Shown here: positions 1 through 9,375 of the stretch, in pieces | Position numbering within the stretch: the stretch's first letter is position 1 | Layout of the letters: every line of letters starts with the position of its first letter | The notes under the pieces: generated by a model | Told to the model about the DNA's origin: nothing | The model's input: the letters and a program-made list of their open reading frames with translations, nothing else | Database searches by the model: none | Origin: a virus | Direction: 5' to 3' (one strand) | Virus record (IMG/VR): IMGVR_UViG_3300031159_000070 | Coordinates: 32,001-96,000 of that record | Length of the DNA: 64,000 nt | Program-made: the position numbers and the translations under genes

Positions 1-6
1 CTGCGG

Positions 7-189
7 TCAGCTCTTTTTCCATCTCCGGATTTCCGCGTTTAGATATCCTGCAGCGAATGAGGCGGGAGCTGTCGTGGCCCACCCAAAAGCCAGCCGTATC
101 TCTATGACGCCAAGTTCCACAAGGGCGTAGCTGAGGATAACGACAGTTGCGGTGAACGCGAGCGTGGCGACAAGCAGATGGCCGATCAT
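7..189 (-). CDS. Small membrane protein
   Basis: Two hydrophobic segments; 4-nt overlap with thyX stop. Confidence 0.55.
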   Translation of the reverse strand: MIGHLLVATLAFTATVVILSYALVELGVIEIRLAFGWATTAPASFAAGYLNAEIRRWKKS

Positions 190-1160
190 GTCAGGCTTCC
201 CTCTGGCGTCAGCATGTGCCTGTACTGGCGAAACCCGATGAAGTTGCCGTGCTGGTGCCGCTGCTTCCAGCCTATGCGATAGCCGCCGTGATAGATCACA
301 TCATCAGCCATGGCGACGTGCTCGGCTGGCGAGGCGTGAATCGGCTTTGCGCTCACGAGCTTGTCGTGCAGCTGAATGGCGCGCTCTAGCGTCATGTCGA
401 AGCCATCGACCGTCTTGTACGATGTCGAGGCGCAGCGGGCGACGGAGAGCTTGATGAGATCGGTCAGCCCGTACCAACGCCACGCCGGCACGTTGCTAGA
501 GGCGCGGCGCATCTCCTCGCCGTCATCCCAGCGGTCCCTCACGACGGCCTGCTTATCTTCCTCCGTCACGAACGGCAGATGCCAGTCGCCCGGCTGCAGC
601 GTCTGGATCGTGCTTTCGTCTTCCAGGCACTTGCGGATCTCTCGCGCCAGCATCTGAATGTGCGGCTCGGCGTCGGGATGATCTCGCAGCTCGAGAAAGT
701 TGTCCCACTCGGTCGCGCTGACCAGCACGGTGATGTGGGCGAAGGGCTCAAGCATGCGGTTGACCAGCTGCTTGTGATAGCCGGCTTCAGCGAATGATCT
801 GGCCAACTCAACCGCGCGATCTCGCGCGAGGAGCCAGGCATTCTCACGCGGCTCCTTCCATCCTGTTACGCGCTTGCGATCGTCGTAGATAATGACCGGA
901 GCGTTGCACTCCTCGCTCGCCTGCATTCCCTTCTGGTTCTTGCCCCAGAAGAGCGGCACGGCTGGATTGTCGATCACGTCCTGGATCAGCTTCTCGACGG
1001 GGATCGCGCGCGAGCTGGCCGCGTTTCTGCTGAAGACGCGGTGCGTCATGAACTCTGCGTGGATCCACCGCGGATAGCGCAGCAGCAGCGTCGACAGCAC
1101 CTTGCTTGGTTGCACAGCGTTGCGAGATCGCAGGATCGTTTTTGCCGAGATCGTGGTCAT
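186..1160 (-). CDS. thyX: FAD-dependent thymidylate synthase (phage ThyX type)
   Basis: AEFMTHRVFSRNAASSRAIP motif, NFLELR-HPDAEPHI, HASPAEH. Confidence 0.9.
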   Translation of the reverse strand: MTTISAKTILRSRNAVQPSKVLSTLLLRYPRWIHAEFMTHRVFSRNAASSRAIPVEKLIQDVIDNPAVPLFWGKNQKGMQASEECNAPVIIYDDRKRVTGWKEPRENAWLLARDRAVELARSFAEAGYHKQLVNRMLEPFAHITVLVSATEWDNFLELRDHPDAEPHIQMLAREIRKCLEDESTIQTLQPGDWHLPFVTEEDKQAVVRDRWDDGEEMRRASSNVPAWRWYGLTDLIKLSVARCASTSYKTVDGFDMTLERAIQLHDKLVSAKPIHASPAEHVAMADDVIYHGGYRIGWKQRHQHGNFIGFRQYRHMLTPEGSLT

Positions 1161-1471
1161 TTCGATTGCGCCTCCTCGAGCTTCGCGATCTCGCGGTCGA
1201 GATACCAGCGCGCCTTGCGCAGGTCGGTCAGAAGGTCTCCCTTCTTGCCGGCGCGCGCGATGTACTTGATCGTGTTGCCAAGGCAGAAACTCTTGTCGAG
1301 ACCCCAGGCCTCGAGCACTTTGATCACTTCATACGGATTGTTGGCGCCGCCGTAATGCGCAGGGTGATCAACCAACTCTTGTTCCGGGTGCAACGGTGGC
1401 AGCTTTCCTCTCAGCGCGAGGTCGCTTGTTGGTGATGTCGGCTGCCAGTCGAAATCTGACGTTTCGCTCAT
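1157..1471 (-). CDS. DUF3310 (SaV-like) protein
   Basis: VDHPAHY...FCLGNTIKYIARAGKK...DLRKARWYL; start moved to MSETSD. Confidence 0.85.
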   Translation of the reverse strand: MSETSDFDWQPTSPTSDLALRGKLPPLHPEQELVDHPAHYGGANNPYEVIKVLEAWGLDKSFCLGNTIKYIARAGKKGDLLTDLRKARWYLDREIAKLEEAQSK

Positions 1472-1481
1472 CTTCCAATCC

Positions 1482-1649
1482 TCAATCTTCGTCGTCCTCA
1501 CGCTCACGAAACACCCACCAGCAACGAAACGCTGCGATCAGTAGCAAATAGGGGGTCACCCATGCCGGCAACTGCGCAATTCCGATCAGCGTCGCGATCA
1601 GCGCCGCGACGCATAACCCGGTGATTGCTCCTGCCTCGAAATCCAACAT
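1482..1649 (-). CDS. Small membrane protein (55 aa, below ORF-track cutoff)
   Basis: Manual translation MLDFEAGAITGLCVAALIATLIG...; fills gap between neighbours. Confidence 0.5.
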   Translation of the reverse strand: MLDFEAGAITGLCVAALIATLIGIAQLPAWVTPYLLLIAAFRCWWVFREREDDED

Positions 1650-1655
1650 GGCGCT

Positions 1656-1799
1656 CTAGCCGGCCCAGCCGAGCAGCACCGCAAACAGGACGCCCCACGC
1701 AAATCCTGAGCTGAACCACATGAACTGCGATCGGCCTGAGCCCTTCTTCAGTCGCTCAAGCTCGCTCTGCGGCACATAGATCAGTTCCTCGGGGTGCAT
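1656..1799 (-). CDS. Small membrane protein (47 aa, below ORF-track cutoff)
   Basis: Manual translation MHPEELIYVPQ...FAWGVLFAVLLGWAG. Confidence 0.5.
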   Translation of the reverse strand: MHPEELIYVPQSELERLKKGSGRSQFMWFSSGFAWGVLFAVLLGWAG

Positions 1800-1808
1800 G
1801 GCGTGTCC

Positions 1809-2207
1809 CTATTTCTGTCTTGTCTGAGACACGATGCGTAAACCTTTCGGGAGCGTGTCGAGGCGCATGAAGGCCAGCACGCCGGGGGGCAAATAGGTGC
1901 GGCAGAACGCGACGCAGCCGGCCCAGTAGTCGATCGTTTTCGCGACTTCCATGAAGCTCTGGCCGGTGGTCCACACGTCATCCACGATCAGTGTGACCTG
2001 GGCGTCAGGCGTGATATGCGGCTCGAACGCGCGCGCCAGCGGGATGCCACCGCGCGGGACCGGCACGACGGCTTTGAATTTCGGCAGGTTCGGCAGGCAG
2101 GCGCGCGCGATGCAATCCCAGTCATCGTTGGTCAGCGCGTCGCACTCGATCTTGAAATCGAGATCGAGGCCAGCTGCGGATTTGAACCTGCCCCACTGAA
2201 ACAGCAT
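1809..2207 (-). CDS. Type I phosphoribosyltransferase-like protein (orotate PRTase-like)
   Basis: PRPP-binding loop LIVDDVWTTGQS; VPRGGIPLA; N-terminal F.S.AG. Confidence 0.75.
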   Translation of the reverse strand: MLFQWGRFKSAAGLDLDFKIECDALTNDDWDCIARACLPNLPKFKAVVPVPRGGIPLARAFEPHITPDAQVTLIVDDVWTTGQSFMEVAKTIDYWAGCVAFCRTYLPPGVLAFMRLDTLPKGLRIVSQTRQK

Positions 2208-2225
2208 CGCGTGTTCTCCGGCGGT

Positions 2226-2510
2226 TTAGCTGTCGGCCTTCTCCAGAAACGAGAGTCGCGGCAACGAGACGGAAGGCTTCTCTCGCGCAGGCTTTGGCGG
2301 ATCGATGTATTTTCCCGCACCGGTCTTTTGTCGCTGTAGCTGCTCAGCACGAGGGCAGGGGATCTTGCCGGGGTATCCTTCGCGCGTTCGCAGGAATCGC
2401 TCGACCGCGTCGGCCGGAAAGCCAATGTGCTTGGCAATCTCCTTGATCGACCAGCCTCTGTTATGCAGGCGGGTGATGACGGAGCGTTTTCCTCTCGGCA
2501 GAACGGTCAT
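2226..2510 (-). CDS. Small helix-turn-helix protein
   Basis: RLHNRGWSIKEIAKHIGF HTH pattern; GAGGGG SD upstream. Confidence 0.6.
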   Translation of the reverse strand: MTVLPRGKRSVITRLHNRGWSIKEIAKHIGFPADAVERFLRTREGYPGKIPCPRAEQLQRQKTGAGKYIDPPKPAREKPSVSLPRLSFLEKADS

Positions 2511-2692
2511 TGCCCCCTCCCGCCAATCAATTCGGCCGTGGCCCAGGTGAGCGATAGAACGGCAACCCATTGGAATGGATTGCTGGCCGCCTCTGGATTG
2601 CTGATGATCCCGGTGGCAAGCGATAGGGCGAAGATGAAGCACATCGCTCCTGCGGCGTTATCGAAGATCATTTTGAGCCGACGGCGTAGCAT
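2507..2692 (-). CDS. Small membrane protein
   Basis: Two hydrophobic helices; 4-nt overlap with downstream gene. Confidence 0.5.
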   Translation of the reverse strand: MLRRRLKMIFDNAAGAMCFIFALSLATGIISNPEAASNPFQWVAVLSLTWATAELIGGRGQ

Positions 2693-2702
2693 TTGAAGCC
2701 TC

Positions 2703-2867
2703 TCAAACAGCTCCGACAATCCGTAGCGCGAGCCAGCCGCCAAGGGCGAGAAGAGCGCCGGCGATCAGCCGCCGCAGGGCCCAGCCCAGCGACCACGCAG
2801 CGAGGATCTGCGCCGTCTTGAGCTTGATGGCGCGGTCCTCCGCCTCCCACTTCTCGTAGACGTTCAT
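2703..2867 (-). CDS. Small membrane protein (54 aa)
   Basis: Manual translation MNVYEKWEAEDRAIKLK... Confidence 0.5.
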   Translation of the reverse strand: MNVYEKWEAEDRAIKLKTAQILAAWSLGWALRRLIAGALLALGGWLALRIVGAV

Positions 2868-2882
2868 TTCCGGGCCCGCTCG

Positions 2883-3116
2883 TCAGTTGATGTTCTCGCC
2901 AAAGACGACGCGTCGGAACTGTCGCTCGGTCGTCGCCTCGTCCTTCATGGCGCAATCGAAGCAGATCCACTCGCCCTTTGGGCCGTAGGGGCGGAGCTCC
3001 CGATCGCCGGCACCGCACAGCTCGCACGTGCCTGTTGGGGTTTCGGTGCGGTCAAGGATGACCACGTTGCCTTGGCGTTTCGCCTTCAGTCGCTCCAGCC
3101 ATTCTTTCGTGGTCAT
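2883..3116 (-). CDS. Small Zn-finger protein
   Basis: CELCG...RPYGPKGEWICFDC. Confidence 0.7.
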   Translation of the reverse strand: MTTKEWLERLKAKRQGNVVILDRTETPTGTCELCGAGDRELRPYGPKGEWICFDCAMKDEATTERQFRRVVFGENIN

Positions 3117-3138
3117 CAGATGTCCCCATTGTCTGCAA

Positions 3139-4323
3139 TCAGATGTGGCAATCGACGATCGAAAACCACTTGTCGTCAGGCGTGTCGTGGATCAACTCGA
3201 GGAAGTGGCGATCCCACTCCTCGCGCGACTTCTCGTCAGTCACGATGCCCCACCAGCCCATCTCGCCGCGCTCGTACCACTTGCCGTCCTTGATCACGGC
3301 GAAGGTCGTGAATGGCAGAGCCGCGTCGATCCATTTCTGAATCGGAATGTCCTCATCGGTCGTGATTGGACCGAAAAAGCCATCGAACACATCGCGGAGT
3401 TTGTAGAGCCTCTCCGGCATGAACTGCTTGAAATGATCGGGTCGGTTCGGGCGAGGGCTTTTCGAGAGCCACAACTCGTGCTCGGCGTTTTTCGCCCGGA
3501 TGTACTCGCGCCGCAGATCATCGAGCTCGGCCTCGCAGAGCTTGATGTTGCGCACATTGGCCTTGGCGATTACCTCTTCCCACTGCGCACGCCGCTCTGC
3601 GACGGCGACGTTTTTCATGGCCTCAATATCAAGATCGCCCTTGCGGCACACGTCGACACCACCGCGTTCGGACGTCGTGCCCAGCAGGCCTGGCTGACCG
3701 CGGATCGTGCCCTCGGCTCGAGCCTTGGGAATCAGCAAACCTTGCCAGCGCCCACCGAGCTTCCACCAGTCCCACTTCGCGTTCTCGTTCGTGCGCCTGA
3801 CGATCTTGGTGACGTTGCCGTCGGCGTCGACCAGCGCGTAGCCGAACATATGGCGTCCGGCAAGATCGGGAGAGGAGCCGTAGGGGACAACCTTGGCGCC
3901 AATCCAGTCACGGACAAACTCGGCGAAGGTCTTGAGCTCCTTTGCTGGAACCTCGATCTCTTCATAGCCTTCCGGCACGAGACGGATTTTCGCGCGGTAT
4001 CCTTGGCCGTCGCGCCAATCTTTCGAGTACCACGAGAGACCGTTGCTGGAACCAGACCCGTGAAACGGGCCGTGCTCATCGATCTCTTGTGGCGTCGGAT
4101 CGCGATAGAATCGGTCCGCGTAGGGATCGTGCAGCGAGCCATCGGGCGCGCGCAGGCGGGTGTAGGTCTCTTTCTCGTATTCGGCTCTCGTTTCCTCGGT
4201 GACATCGACATCCTTCACGTATTGGTCGACGATGCCCGTGCATTCGAACTCGTGATACGGCTGCAGCGCGGCGTCGACATCATTCGGATCATCAGTGATC
4301 ACGAGTACGCTGAAATGGCTCAT
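3139..4323 (-). CDS. Conserved phage hypothetical protein
   Basis: 394 aa; MSHFSVLVI, AKWDWWKLGGRW, DGKWYERGEMGWWG, C-terminal IVDCHI. Confidence 0.8.
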   Translation of the reverse strand: MSHFSVLVITDDPNDVDAALQPYHEFECTGIVDQYVKDVDVTEETRAEYEKETYTRLRAPDGSLHDPYADRFYRDPTPQEIDEHGPFHGSGSSNGLSWYSKDWRDGQGYRAKIRLVPEGYEEIEVPAKELKTFAEFVRDWIGAKVVPYGSSPDLAGRHMFGYALVDADGNVTKIVRRTNENAKWDWWKLGGRWQGLLIPKARAEGTIRGQPGLLGTTSERGGVDVCRKGDLDIEAMKNVAVAERRAQWEEVIAKANVRNIKLCEAELDDLRREYIRAKNAEHELWLSKSPRPNRPDHFKQFMPERLYKLRDVFDGFFGPITTDEDIPIQKWIDAALPFTTFAVIKDGKWYERGEMGWWGIVTDEKSREEWDRHFLELIHDTPDDKWFSIVDCHI

Positions 4324-4417
4324 CTTCTTCCCCGTTTACGTGGATTTGCTCAGGTTTTCGCATCATGTTTGATGATAGGAGCTGGGTTGCGGGCCATCCA
4401 ATCCGGCCTCCTTCTCC

Positions 4418-4582
4418 TCACCAGAGCTTTCGAGATCGCCACCACGTCCAGGCGATAAGCGGCGCCACCAGCGCAATGGCCAGGATCCACAACGATCCTT
4501 CGTCGATCTGCATGCTCTCGAGCTGCGCGCGCGCGGCATCGAAGAGCGCAAAGGGGTCCAGTCGTTCGTCTGCCGAGTGCAT
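4418..4582 (-). CDS. Small membrane protein
   Basis: C-terminal TM helix followed by basic tail. Confidence 0.45.
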   Translation of the reverse strand: MHSADERLDPFALFDAARAQLESMQIDEGSLWILAIALVAPLIAWTWWRSRKLW

Positions 4583-4586
4583 GCTC

Positions 4587-5018
4587 TCAGTCCAGATAAC
4601 CGCGGCCTTCACACCGGCCGCAAATGAGACCGGCGCCGCTCAATCTATCACGCATGGCGCCGTTGCCTTTGCAGTCAGGGCATGGATTCGCCGGCTCGTA
4701 GGTCTCGCGGAAAATGGCGTCTTTGATCGGATAGTGCTCGCCTTGGACGCCGGTGATGATCCAATCGCCAGGGCACACGACGTGGCCGCCTTCGAGCGTG
4801 TCGATCCAGCCGTGTTCATTCATGGGGCGCTGGCAATTCGCATGCCAGCAGAGCTTTTCGCCCGGAACGTCAGGACGCCGGAAACGACGCACAACGAGGC
4901 CTTCACGCCTCATCGCGCCGTCTGCATTGTCGCGATCCGAGAAGTCATGCGGGTGGTCGCCGTTCTTGAACCAGCGGTGTGCTTCAATCACGACAGGCTT
5001 TTTGCGGAATAGGGGCAT
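4587..5018 (-). CDS. Conserved phage protein (PGDYG-like) with C-terminal CxxC pair
   Basis: FRKKPVVIEA...IDTLEG...PGDWIITGVQGEHYP...F.ETYE; CPDC and CGRC. Confidence 0.75.
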   Translation of the reverse strand: MPLFRKKPVVIEAHRWFKNGDHPHDFSDRDNADGAMRREGLVVRRFRRPDVPGEKLCWHANCQRPMNEHGWIDTLEGGHVVCPGDWIITGVQGEHYPIKDAIFRETYEPANPCPDCKGNGAMRDRLSGAGLICGRCEGRGYLD

Positions 5019-5019
5019 G

Positions 5020-5394
5020 TCATTCCTCGACCGGTGATGGTGCGCGATTTGGCCTTATGATCCTTTCTGGCTTGTCCCCGATGGCTCCCTCGATCTCCTC
5101 AGGGCTGACGTTCCACAGCGGAGGAATCGTGCTCTCCTGCCGCTCGGTCTCATCCTTCTTCGGTCTCAGGCAGATGATCGTGCTGTCGTCATCCATTCTG
5201 GTGCCGTAGGGATTGGTGTAGGCGAGGCCGAAGCGGTTCCAGCCACCAGCGCATTTGAAAAAACTGCCGCGATGAAACGAGATCTCGCGGTCGCCAGCTT
5301 CAGAGATCATGTCGAGGAGCTTCTCTTCAGCTTCGCTCTCTGGCGTCAGAACGAACTGTTGTTCGTCGCCGGTAACTACGAGCGCGATTTTCAT
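5020..5394 (-). CDS. Hypothetical protein
   Basis: 3' part of 260-aa track ORF, from MKIALVV. Confidence 0.55.
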   Translation of the reverse strand: MKIALVVTGDEQQFVLTPESEAEEKLLDMISEAGDREISFHRGSFFKCAGGWNRFGLAYTNPYGTRMDDDSTIICLRPKKDETERQESTIPPLWNVSPEEIEGAIGDKPERIIRPNRAPSPVEE

Positions 5395-5555
5395 GGTTCG
5401 TCTCTCATATTGAAGGTCCAGCACGTGCGGCCGTCCTCGCGCCGATGGCAGAACCAGAACTTGAAAGGCTTCGCCATTTTCGGGATGTAGTAGCGAGCGC
5501 CGCAGCGCCGGCAGATGACGACGGCGCGATAGCCTTCCGGCAACGTCGTCATGGC

Positions 5556-5873
5556 TCAGTGCTTTCGGTTCGGTCCGATACGAGGATGCTGGCCACGCGC
5601 GTGAAACTCGGCGACGGCCTGGCCCAAGTGTTTTGCCGCTCCCGTTAAGATCCGCCGGTGCTCGCTCGGCGGATGGGCTGCGATGAATTGCGCGACAACC
5701 TCGAGCAGACTGCAGATGACGAACTGAGATTCCCACACCTGCTCGCCCGTTTGTGGATCGATGCGGCCGGTGTCGTCGTGATACTGCTCGATCGCCGCCC
5801 ACAGATAGCAGTGCAGGCAGGGCCCCTGATCATTGTCAGCTTCGAGGTCTTCAAATTCGTCTTGTGTACTCAT
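5556..5873 (-). CDS. Hypothetical protein
   Basis: AGGAG SD; operator-like site upstream. Confidence 0.65.
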   Translation of the reverse strand: MSTQDEFEDLEADNDQGPCLHCYLWAAIEQYHDDTGRIDPQTGEQVWESQFVICSLLEVVAQFIAAHPPSEHRRILTGAAKHLGQAVAEFHARGQHPRIGPNRKH

Positions 5874-5957
5874 CAGCCAAGATACTCCTGTGCGTGGTCC
5901 AGTCAGGCTGCACCACGGCTCAGGTCTTGTCTAGTGTCACTATGCTATTTGCGCACG

Positions 5958-6755
5958 CTAATCTCGTGCGATCTCGCGGATGCTGTCGCCTTCGTGCACC
6001 GGCCGATCGAAGCGGGCCTTGTCGCCGAGCCGCACGCCGTCGAGCATGGCGTCCATGTCGGCCGCCGTGCGCTCGAGTTGTTCCTGCGCCAGGACGATGT
6101 CTCGCCGCTTCATCTCCTGGGCGACCAGGGCCGTCTTGTCGATCGGCACGAGATCGCGGCCGGTCGATTGCTGGGCTTGCTTGCGCTTCTTCGCTTCGGC
6201 AAGCAGCCGGTGCCGGATGCGCCGGGCGGTGCCGATGATGAAGCTCAGGCGCTTGATCTCGATATCGTCCTCGCTGAGATCCGGGAACCTTGCTTTGTCG
6301 CGCCTGAGCTCTTCGACGTAGTTTCCAGCGCCGCGGAGGATGAAGTTCTCGAGCGCTTTGATCAGCCACACCGCAAACATAACGTCGCCGGCGCAACCGA
6401 AGAACACATGCCGTCCGGCGCGTCCGGCGCGTCCGGTCGTCTTGTCGTCGGGATCGTCAGCTGTCGGCCGAGTCTCGATCCAGCTGATGGTGTCGGTGAA
6501 TTGCGCAACGCCGAGCCATAGCTCCTGATAGATCAGCTCAGCTTCAGGATCTGCAGGCGTCGTCTCGACTTCCTCAAAGCCTTCGTTGACGAGCTCCGCC
6601 TCGCCGATGTCGATCGCGTAGCGGTCCATCAGCTCCTTGGCCTTGAGCGCGGCGGCGATCGCTTCTCCTTCGGTCGCGCCATTCTCGGTCGTCTTGGCGA
6701 GCAGGGCGGCGACGCGCTGCGCTGCCTTCTTGCGCTCTTGCGGTGATAAGGTCAT
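5958..6755 (-). CDS. DUF2786-domain protein
   Basis: RVAALLAKTTENGATEGEAIAAALKAKELMDRY; ACGGAGAG SD. Confidence 0.85.
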   Translation of the reverse strand: MTLSPQERKKAAQRVAALLAKTTENGATEGEAIAAALKAKELMDRYAIDIGEAELVNEGFEEVETTPADPEAELIYQELWLGVAQFTDTISWIETRPTADDPDDKTTGRAGRAGRHVFFGCAGDVMFAVWLIKALENFILRGAGNYVEELRRDKARFPDLSEDDIEIKRLSFIIGTARRIRHRLLAEAKKRKQAQQSTGRDLVPIDKTALVAQEMKRRDIVLAQEQLERTAADMDAMLDGVRLGDKARFDRPVHEGDSIREIARD

Positions 6756-6950
6756 GGTTGCTCTCTCCGTTGTGAGAGCAACTGTAGCACAAACGGGGCT
6801 GTCCATCCACGCTATACAGCGCGGTCATGCTATACGGCTCGGAATGTATAGCGGGATCTCGCTATAAAAGCCTAAAGACGATGGCGCTCAGGAAGGCGAG
6901 CGAGGCCGCTGTCATCGCGACATAGATCGCGCTGGTGATGGTGCGCGTCG

Positions 6951-7151
6951 TCATTTATAGATCTGCGCACGAACGGCGCAATCCTTGGCTTCAAGCAGTT
7001 TTCGCAGTCCCGCTGTCCGCTCAGGGTTTTTCGGCAGCGTCTTGACCATGTGCTCCGCCAGCTCGCCGAACGGCTTGCTGATCACCTGCAGATGGGGCGG
7101 CAAGTGCGCGTAGGCAAAGAACTGCAGCATGGGTTCATCTTGGGTGCTCAT
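6951..7151 (-). CDS. Small helical-hairpin protein, possibly Acb2/Tad1-like
   Basis: LQFFAYAHLP...LPKNPERTAGLRKLLEAKDCAVRA; AAGGA SD. Confidence 0.65.
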   Translation of the reverse strand: MSTQDEPMLQFFAYAHLPPHLQVISKPFGELAEHMVKTLPKNPERTAGLRKLLEAKDCAVRAQIYK

Positions 7152-7164
7152 GGTTTCGTCCTTC

Positions 7165-7443
7165 TTATTTGCTCTGCGGATTGGCGAACTCTGCCGTGTA
7201 GGGCAGGCGATCTTGTGTCAGCTCGTCGTAGCTTTTGAGCTCCACCTGGATCTCGTAGCCTTCGCCGTCTGCGACGTAGGCCTCTGCGCTTCCTGCGCCT
7301 GTTTCCAGAGCGCGCGTGATCGCATCGCGCAAAGCTTCAAGCGCTGGCTTGTTGCCGCGGATGATGACCTCGTCGTGCCAGAGATACTGGCCGTGGATGT
7401 GTAACCACGGATGACGTTTGAATCTCTGTTCGGCGTCGTCCAT
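7165..7443 (-). CDS. Hypothetical protein
   Basis: 92-aa ORF co-oriented with neighbours. Confidence 0.65.
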   Translation of the reverse strand: MDDAEQRFKRHPWLHIHGQYLWHDEVIIRGNKPALEALRDAITRALETGAGSAEAYVADGEGYEIQVELKSYDELTQDRLPYTAEFANPQSK

Positions 7444-7453
7444 AGGAGATACC

Positions 7454-7972
7454 TCAGTCCAGGTTCAGCAGCGCGCGATAATCGTTTTCGTGTCGCGCTG
7501 AGAGCCAGTTTCCATCTTCGTCGCAGTAGAGCCGGGAGAACGCATCGATCGGGCAGTGCCGCCCGGACCGCATCGGCTCACCGTCCCGCTCTTGCGGGCA
7601 GTGCTTCCAAGTGCACTCGCCGTCGCGGCCGGCGCGGCAGAAAGGCGGAAGCGGGGTCGGATTTGCTTTCCTGGGCGGCATCTCTGCTGCTTGCCACTGC
7701 ATCCAATTGGCTTTCTGGAACCTGTCATCGAAGGGAGACCAGTCGTCAGGTTTCTCGGCCACGAACCGCCACTCGAGATCAACCGGTCGCGGCTCGTCAT
7801 GAGCATCGATGATGATGCGCTTGGCCGCCTCCTCATCTTCCGCGCGAACCGCGGCACAGATCACTTCGTGCTCATCGTCGACACGGAGACCAGAGATCCA
7901 CCAAGGCCAATGCAACTCGAATTTGCCCATGAGATGGGGCGGGCAATACCAGCTGAGCCAGTAATTCTTCAC
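7454..7972 (-). CDS. Hypothetical Trp/Cys-rich protein
   Basis: WPWWISG; CRAGRDGECTWKHCPQ. Confidence 0.65.
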   Translation of the reverse strand: MKNYWLSWYCPPHLMGKFELHWPWWISGLRVDDEHEVICAAVRAEDEEAAKRIIIDAHDEPRPVDLEWRFVAEKPDDWSPFDDRFQKANWMQWQAAEMPPRKANPTPLPPFCRAGRDGECTWKHCPQERDGEPMRSGRHCPIDAFSRLYCDEDGNWLSARHENDYRALLNLD

Positions 7973-7984
7973 TTGGGCGCCCCG

Positions 7985-8341
7985 TCAGTTGGGATTTTTG
8001 TGTTCCGGCAGGATAATGTCGTCTGTCAGGTGGTAGCGCATCTTGAGGTGTTCCCGGAACAGCAGGATCTCGGCGGCGATGAGATCAAGCCGTTTCTCAT
8101 CGGCTGACGTCGCGTCATCGCCTTCGTCCAATCCTTCCATGAGCGACCCGAACAGATGGGTGGCGCCGGCGAAAAAGGCATCGCGCAGCTGGTCATGCTG
8201 GTCTTTGTTTATGCCCTGGGGATAGACGAGCTTCGCAAAAAGGAGCCAGCCAAATTCGATGATGCAGCCTTTATCCATCGCTTCCTTTGTGATGGCGATG
8301 CCGGCTTCTTCGAGCTTCCGGCGCATTGCCTCGCGGTCCAT
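7985..8341 (-). CDS. Hypothetical protein
   Basis: LRDAFFAGA motif; AGGAG SD. Confidence 0.7.
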   Translation of the reverse strand: MDREAMRRKLEEAGIAITKEAMDKGCIIEFGWLLFAKLVYPQGINKDQHDQLRDAFFAGATHLFGSLMEGLDEGDDATSADEKRLDLIAAEILLFREHLKMRYHLTDDIILPEHKNPN

Positions 8342-8432
8342 GATGTGCTCCTAGTCTGATTTCTCTGGCGCCTTGTGCTCCGGAAAGGCGCATGTCGAAC
8401 GCAAGCTCGATCACTCGCTATGGGCACGATCC

Positions 8433-8801
8433 TCATGCAGTGGTCTCGGTTGCGGCTTCAGGCTCTTTGCGCGCTGCCTCGCGCTTCATGAAATAGAGGG
8501 CGCAAGGGCCGTCCTCGGTATGGATTTTTCCGACAAGCCGCCGGTCATCGAACTCAGGCGGCTGCCATTCTTTCAAAACCCGGGACTCGCCTTTGCAGAA
8601 GTCCTCGAACAGCGGGTGGTCCTCGTCGGCCACCTCATCGAAGTAGACCCAGCGAAGATTAAAGCCGTGGTGGGCGGCGATCGCCTCAGCGTCGCACGAC
8701 TCGCTGGCGTAGTGGAACATCGCCGGCATGAACTCGCCCGTCTCAGGATCGTGCACGATCGCGTCCGGCGCCGGCATTTGTGAGCTGAGAAGCGAGGCCA
8801 T
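8433..8801 (-). CDS. Hypothetical protein
   Basis: IHTEDGP motif; coupled to upstream ORF. Confidence 0.65.
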   Translation of the reverse strand: MASLLSSQMPAPDAIVHDPETGEFMPAMFHYASESCDAEAIAAHHGFNLRWVYFDEVADEDHPLFEDFCKGESRVLKEWQPPEFDDRRLVGKIHTEDGPCALYFMKREAARKEPEAATETTA

Positions 8802-9019
8802 CAGTCGTCATCTCCATAACGCGGGTCTTCGGGATCAAGCGTGACTTCGACCTTAATCCGTTCCTCGCGGCCGTCGATATACAGGGTGCCCGTCATCGAC
8901 ATCGAGGGCGATACGAGGTGGGTGTCTAACCCCATCTCCTCGAGAGCCTTGCGGAGCTGCGGCACGCATTCCAGCGCGGCTTTGACGAACAGCTCTTGGC
9001 TGATCTTCATTTCGGTCAT
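8801..9019 (-). CDS. Hypothetical protein
   Basis: Translationally coupled on both sides. Confidence 0.6.
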   Translation of the reverse strand: MTEMKISQELFVKAALECVPQLRKALEEMGLDTHLVSPSMSMTGTLYIDGREERIKVEVTLDPEDPRYGDDD

Positions 9020-9279
9020 TTCGGAAAATCCTCGGGGTCAAGACGTTCGCGCGTTTTGAGCGCTGCCCTCGCGCCTTCAGGTGTGAGCACGAACACGTCG
9101 CCCACCATCCACCTCACCTTGTGCTTTCGAGCAGCGCCCTTCTGCACCATCTCCTCCCAGTCTGGCCGATCGCTGTGGCTCTCGTCGGCGACGAAGTGGT
9201 TCCGGTAGCTGCAGCGCCGTCTGTTCGGCAAACCGAGCGCGTGCCGGGCTAATTCGATCTGTCGCGTCGTGAGTTCCAC
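9016..9279 (-). CDS. Hypothetical phage protein
   Basis: ARHALG...YRNHFVA motif. Confidence 0.7.
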   Translation of the reverse strand: MELTTRQIELARHALGLPNRRRCSYRNHFVADESHSDRPDWEEMVQKGAARKHKVRWMVGDVFVLTPEGARAALKTRERLDPEDFPK

Positions 9280-9375
9280 GGTGGCGGGCCTGCATTATCG
9301 TGTGACTGGCCAAGGTAGTCTAGTGTGGGTTGACCACGCGGACGCAGTCAACCCATTTCTTCTGGCTGATCCCAG

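Noticed and set aside
3028-4458. Long plus-strand ORFs in the early arm (e.g. 3028-4458, 9658-10560, 22591-23754, 32526-34085)
   Set aside because: Antisense shadows of well-supported minus-strand genes in GC-rich DNA; no motifs or SDs
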